Positions 61,076 through 64,000 of a stretch of DNA of 64,000 nucleotides are shown one piece after another. Origin of the DNA: Eledone cirrhosa. Taxonomy: Eukaryota. Location: assembly GCA_964016885.1 (NCBI GenBank), contig CAXHJY010001450.1, positions 5,729 through 69,728 on the forward strand, read 5' to 3'. Made by a program: the position numbers and the translations under genes. Below the pieces are notes generated by a model. That model made no database searches. It saw only the letters and a list, made by a program, of their open reading frames with translations, and was not told the DNA's origin. How positions within the stretch are numbered: position 1 is the stretch's first letter; each line of letters starts with the position of its first letter.

Positions 61076-62644
61076 GGGTCCTCCGCGTCTGACAGATCCC
61101 CACCCGCCCTCCTCGTCTATATCAATGGGATAGCGATGTTTGAACACACATTTGGAATTATACAATACTGCAATAAGTTCCTTATCATAGGAAAAAGACG
61201 GGATGGTCCCGGTTGGAATGTTTGGTGGATTTATTAAACAATAATAACCACATCTGCCGCAGCAGCTATGAACCACTACGACACTACCACAGCAACAACA
61301 ACCACCTCTACCACAACCACCAACACCACCACCACTACCACGACGACTCTACCACAAACACCACTACAACCATCACTACCACAACGCCACGACACCACCA
61401 CGACTCTACCACAACCACCAACACCACGACACTACCACCACCACCACAACCACCACCACCACATCCCCACCACTACCACCAACACAACCACCACGACCAC
61501 CAACCCCATATCCCCACCACCACCATCACACAACAACATCACATCCCCTACTACAACCACCACCACCACCACCACATCCCCACCACCAACAACACATCCT
61601 CCTACAACCCCCACCAGTAACAAAAGACAACACCCCAGTTCAACCCTTTAACCCTCCCCAGACCTTCTGTATTCCTTCCTTTATCCTTCATTCCACTCCA
61701 TTAGTTAAGAAAATTTCATTTCTTTATTTCAAATCTTCCTTCCTTTCTCCTAATTCATTACTTTTCCTTTAGCCCACTCTCCCTCTCTCCCACTCACTCT
61801 CTCTCATTCACTCACTCTCTCACTCACCCTCTCTCTCTCCCACTCAACTCCCCTCTCTTCTCCTACACAACCTTCTTTCCTTCCTCTCTCCTAATTCATT
61901 ACTTTTCCTTTAGCTCACTCTCTCTTCCCACTCAACCCCTCTTTCTCTACTCCCACCCAACCTTCTCTCCCTCTACTCCCACCCAACCTTCTCTCCCTCT
62001 ACTCCCACCCAACCTTCTCTCCTTCTCTCTCCTCCTCTATCTATTATACACCAACCCTATCACTGCTACTGTTCTCCCTCTCTCTAATTTATTCAATTCG
62101 TTGTTGAACTTTTGTTAAAGGAAAGGTGAATCTCTCCTTGAACAGCTCTATAAAACTTTCTAGGTACACACATCTTTCATAAACTTAATCAAATCGTCAA
62201 ACCACGTTTCAATGAAGTAGTCAAAATATATTTTTAAATGTTAAGCAAAATGAACCTGTTATTTTTCTCTAAAAGATTTTTTTTTGCCCTTTTTGCCACT
62301 GCCCGACTCCTCAGTCTTTCTATTTTATTTCTTCTTTCCCTTTTTGCCACTGCCCGTCTCCTCAGTCTTTCTATTTTATTTCTTCTTTAATTTCTCATTC
62401 TGTTTTCTGATGAAGAACTAGCTTCCGAAACGTTAAGAATCTCTCCCTACTATATCAAGCATAAAACTAATAATAAATTTCTTCATTGTACTGTGTCATT
62501 TGCTTTGTTATTTCTGTTTACCATATATACATAGGAAAAGAGCCAGGACCCCGACAGCTGAGCTCCGGCCGTTTCGACAGTTAGATCCGAATCCGAATCT
62601 GACGGCCAGAGCCGACTCTTTTCTTTTCCTATATACATACATAT

Positions 62645-62675
<31 letters not shown>

Positions 62676-62871
62676 GTTAGGGAAGCAGGAAAATGCTTAT
62701 TGCGATGCACTTACCAATCAAACGGTCGTAAATACCTGGATAAAATCCTTTTCTTAATGCTTACCTGTTTTCTCTTTTATACTTTATATATTTGTGTATA
62801 GTGGTAGCTATGGTGCTTCCGTAGACGGTATGCCAAAATTAGCACTCGATATTCATCAGAGTAGAGTGTAG

Positions 62872-63076
62872 ATATTATAAAGAAAACGAAAAATCAGGGA
62901 TGCATCTGGACTTAGTGATAAAATTTGCTCCGGACATAACACCCGTGTCTGAAAGAACCCGCAGAAGTAGAATCAGCCAGATCCATACAAGGACCATGAC
63001 TCGAGCTACATGCCGGCGAAACATTTGTAACAAGAAATAAACTAAGTCCAGATGCATCACTGATTTTTCGTTTTCT

Positions 63077-63085
<9 letters not shown>
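62872..63085. mobile_element. Element with 45-bp inverted ends and an HHR-like core at 62946-63032
   Basis: Arms at 62872-62916 and 63041-63085 with 1 mismatch. Core reads TGT-CTGAAAGA...GAAAC-ATTT-GTA^ACA. Confidence 0.6.
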
Positions 63086-63108
<23 letters not shown>

Positions 63109-63114
<6 letters not shown>

Positions 63115-63519
63115 AGGTTATATTTAAAATTGTTGGGTTACAACTAGTAAATATTTATAACTGATATAAAAGCACTCGACAAATATTTGGAGTATGTTTA
63201 CAATATTAAATAAATGGAAAACTATATTTATAAAACCATATTTATTTCATTATATATATTTCGGGGATATCATATTAACAATATGCTATGCCTTCATCAG
63301 ACAAAATACAATATAAACAGTTTTATAGATAAATATATTCGACATACCGTAATAAATGAAGTTGATGTTTATTACGGTATGTCGAATATATTTATCTATA
63401 AAACTGTTTATATTGTATTTTGTCTGATGAAGGCATAGCATATTGTTAATATGATATCCCCGAAATATATATAATGAAATAAATATGGTTTTATAAATAT
63501 AGTTTTCCATTTATTTAAT

Positions 63520-63525
<6 letters not shown>
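63109..63525. mobile_element. Fold-back family A element; HHRs at 63243-63308 (-) and 63416-63481 (+)
   Basis: 158-bp perfect arms at 63199-63356 and 63368-63525 with an 11-nt spacer. This explains the mirror ORFs 63214+ and 63286-. Confidence 0.88.
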
Positions 63526-63592
<67 letters not shown>

Positions 63593-63694
63593 AGGCTTCT
63601 ACAGGACTAGAACTGTTTCATTCGGGAGAAATCACCAGGGCTTCCTTATATATAAATATATATATATATATATATAAGACAGAGAGCGAGAGCG

Positions 63695-63811
<117 letters not shown>

Positions 63812-64000
63812 TGGGGGCGTTTACTAGCAATCCCTGCTACAACATACCTTAAGTCACTAGGGAGAATAATGGGCGACGTATGTTAACTTTAGTGATTTAT
63901 AAGGTTCTATTTTCCATATATATATAATAGAAATATATCCATATATTTGCGCACGAACACACACAAACATTTATGTATGTATGTACGTATGTTTGTATGC

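Noticed and set aside
63214-63510. Pair of near-identical 74-aa ORFs on opposite strands
   Set aside because: They are a by-product of the family A palindrome.

Overview
This is eukaryotic, very AT-rich, microsatellite-saturated non-coding DNA. I infer an octopus or other coleoid cephalopod from the tRNA-derived SINE with a Deu/Nin-like core and the (TA)n/(CA)n load; this is not verified. No intact host gene could be supported, and nearly all ORF-track entries are translations of di- or tri-nucleotide repeats. The window holds about 20 SINE copies and decayed fragments of CRE, RTE, R4-like and mariner elements. The main signal is at least 9 unrelated families of short elements, most sitting in (TA)n tracts and many folded back as head-to-head inverted repeats. 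Together they carry about 25 type I hammerhead-ribozyme (HHR) motifs found by eye. One of them, a ~1 kb-arm palindrome at 45086-47636, retains the C-terminal part of a GIY-YIG endonuclease, which ties the system to Penelope-like retroelements (PLEs). Unusual HHR variants include a U3-A8 compensatory core, a 70-nt branched helix II insert, and a full-size three-helix HHR. Coordinates were counted by hand and may be off by a few bases.
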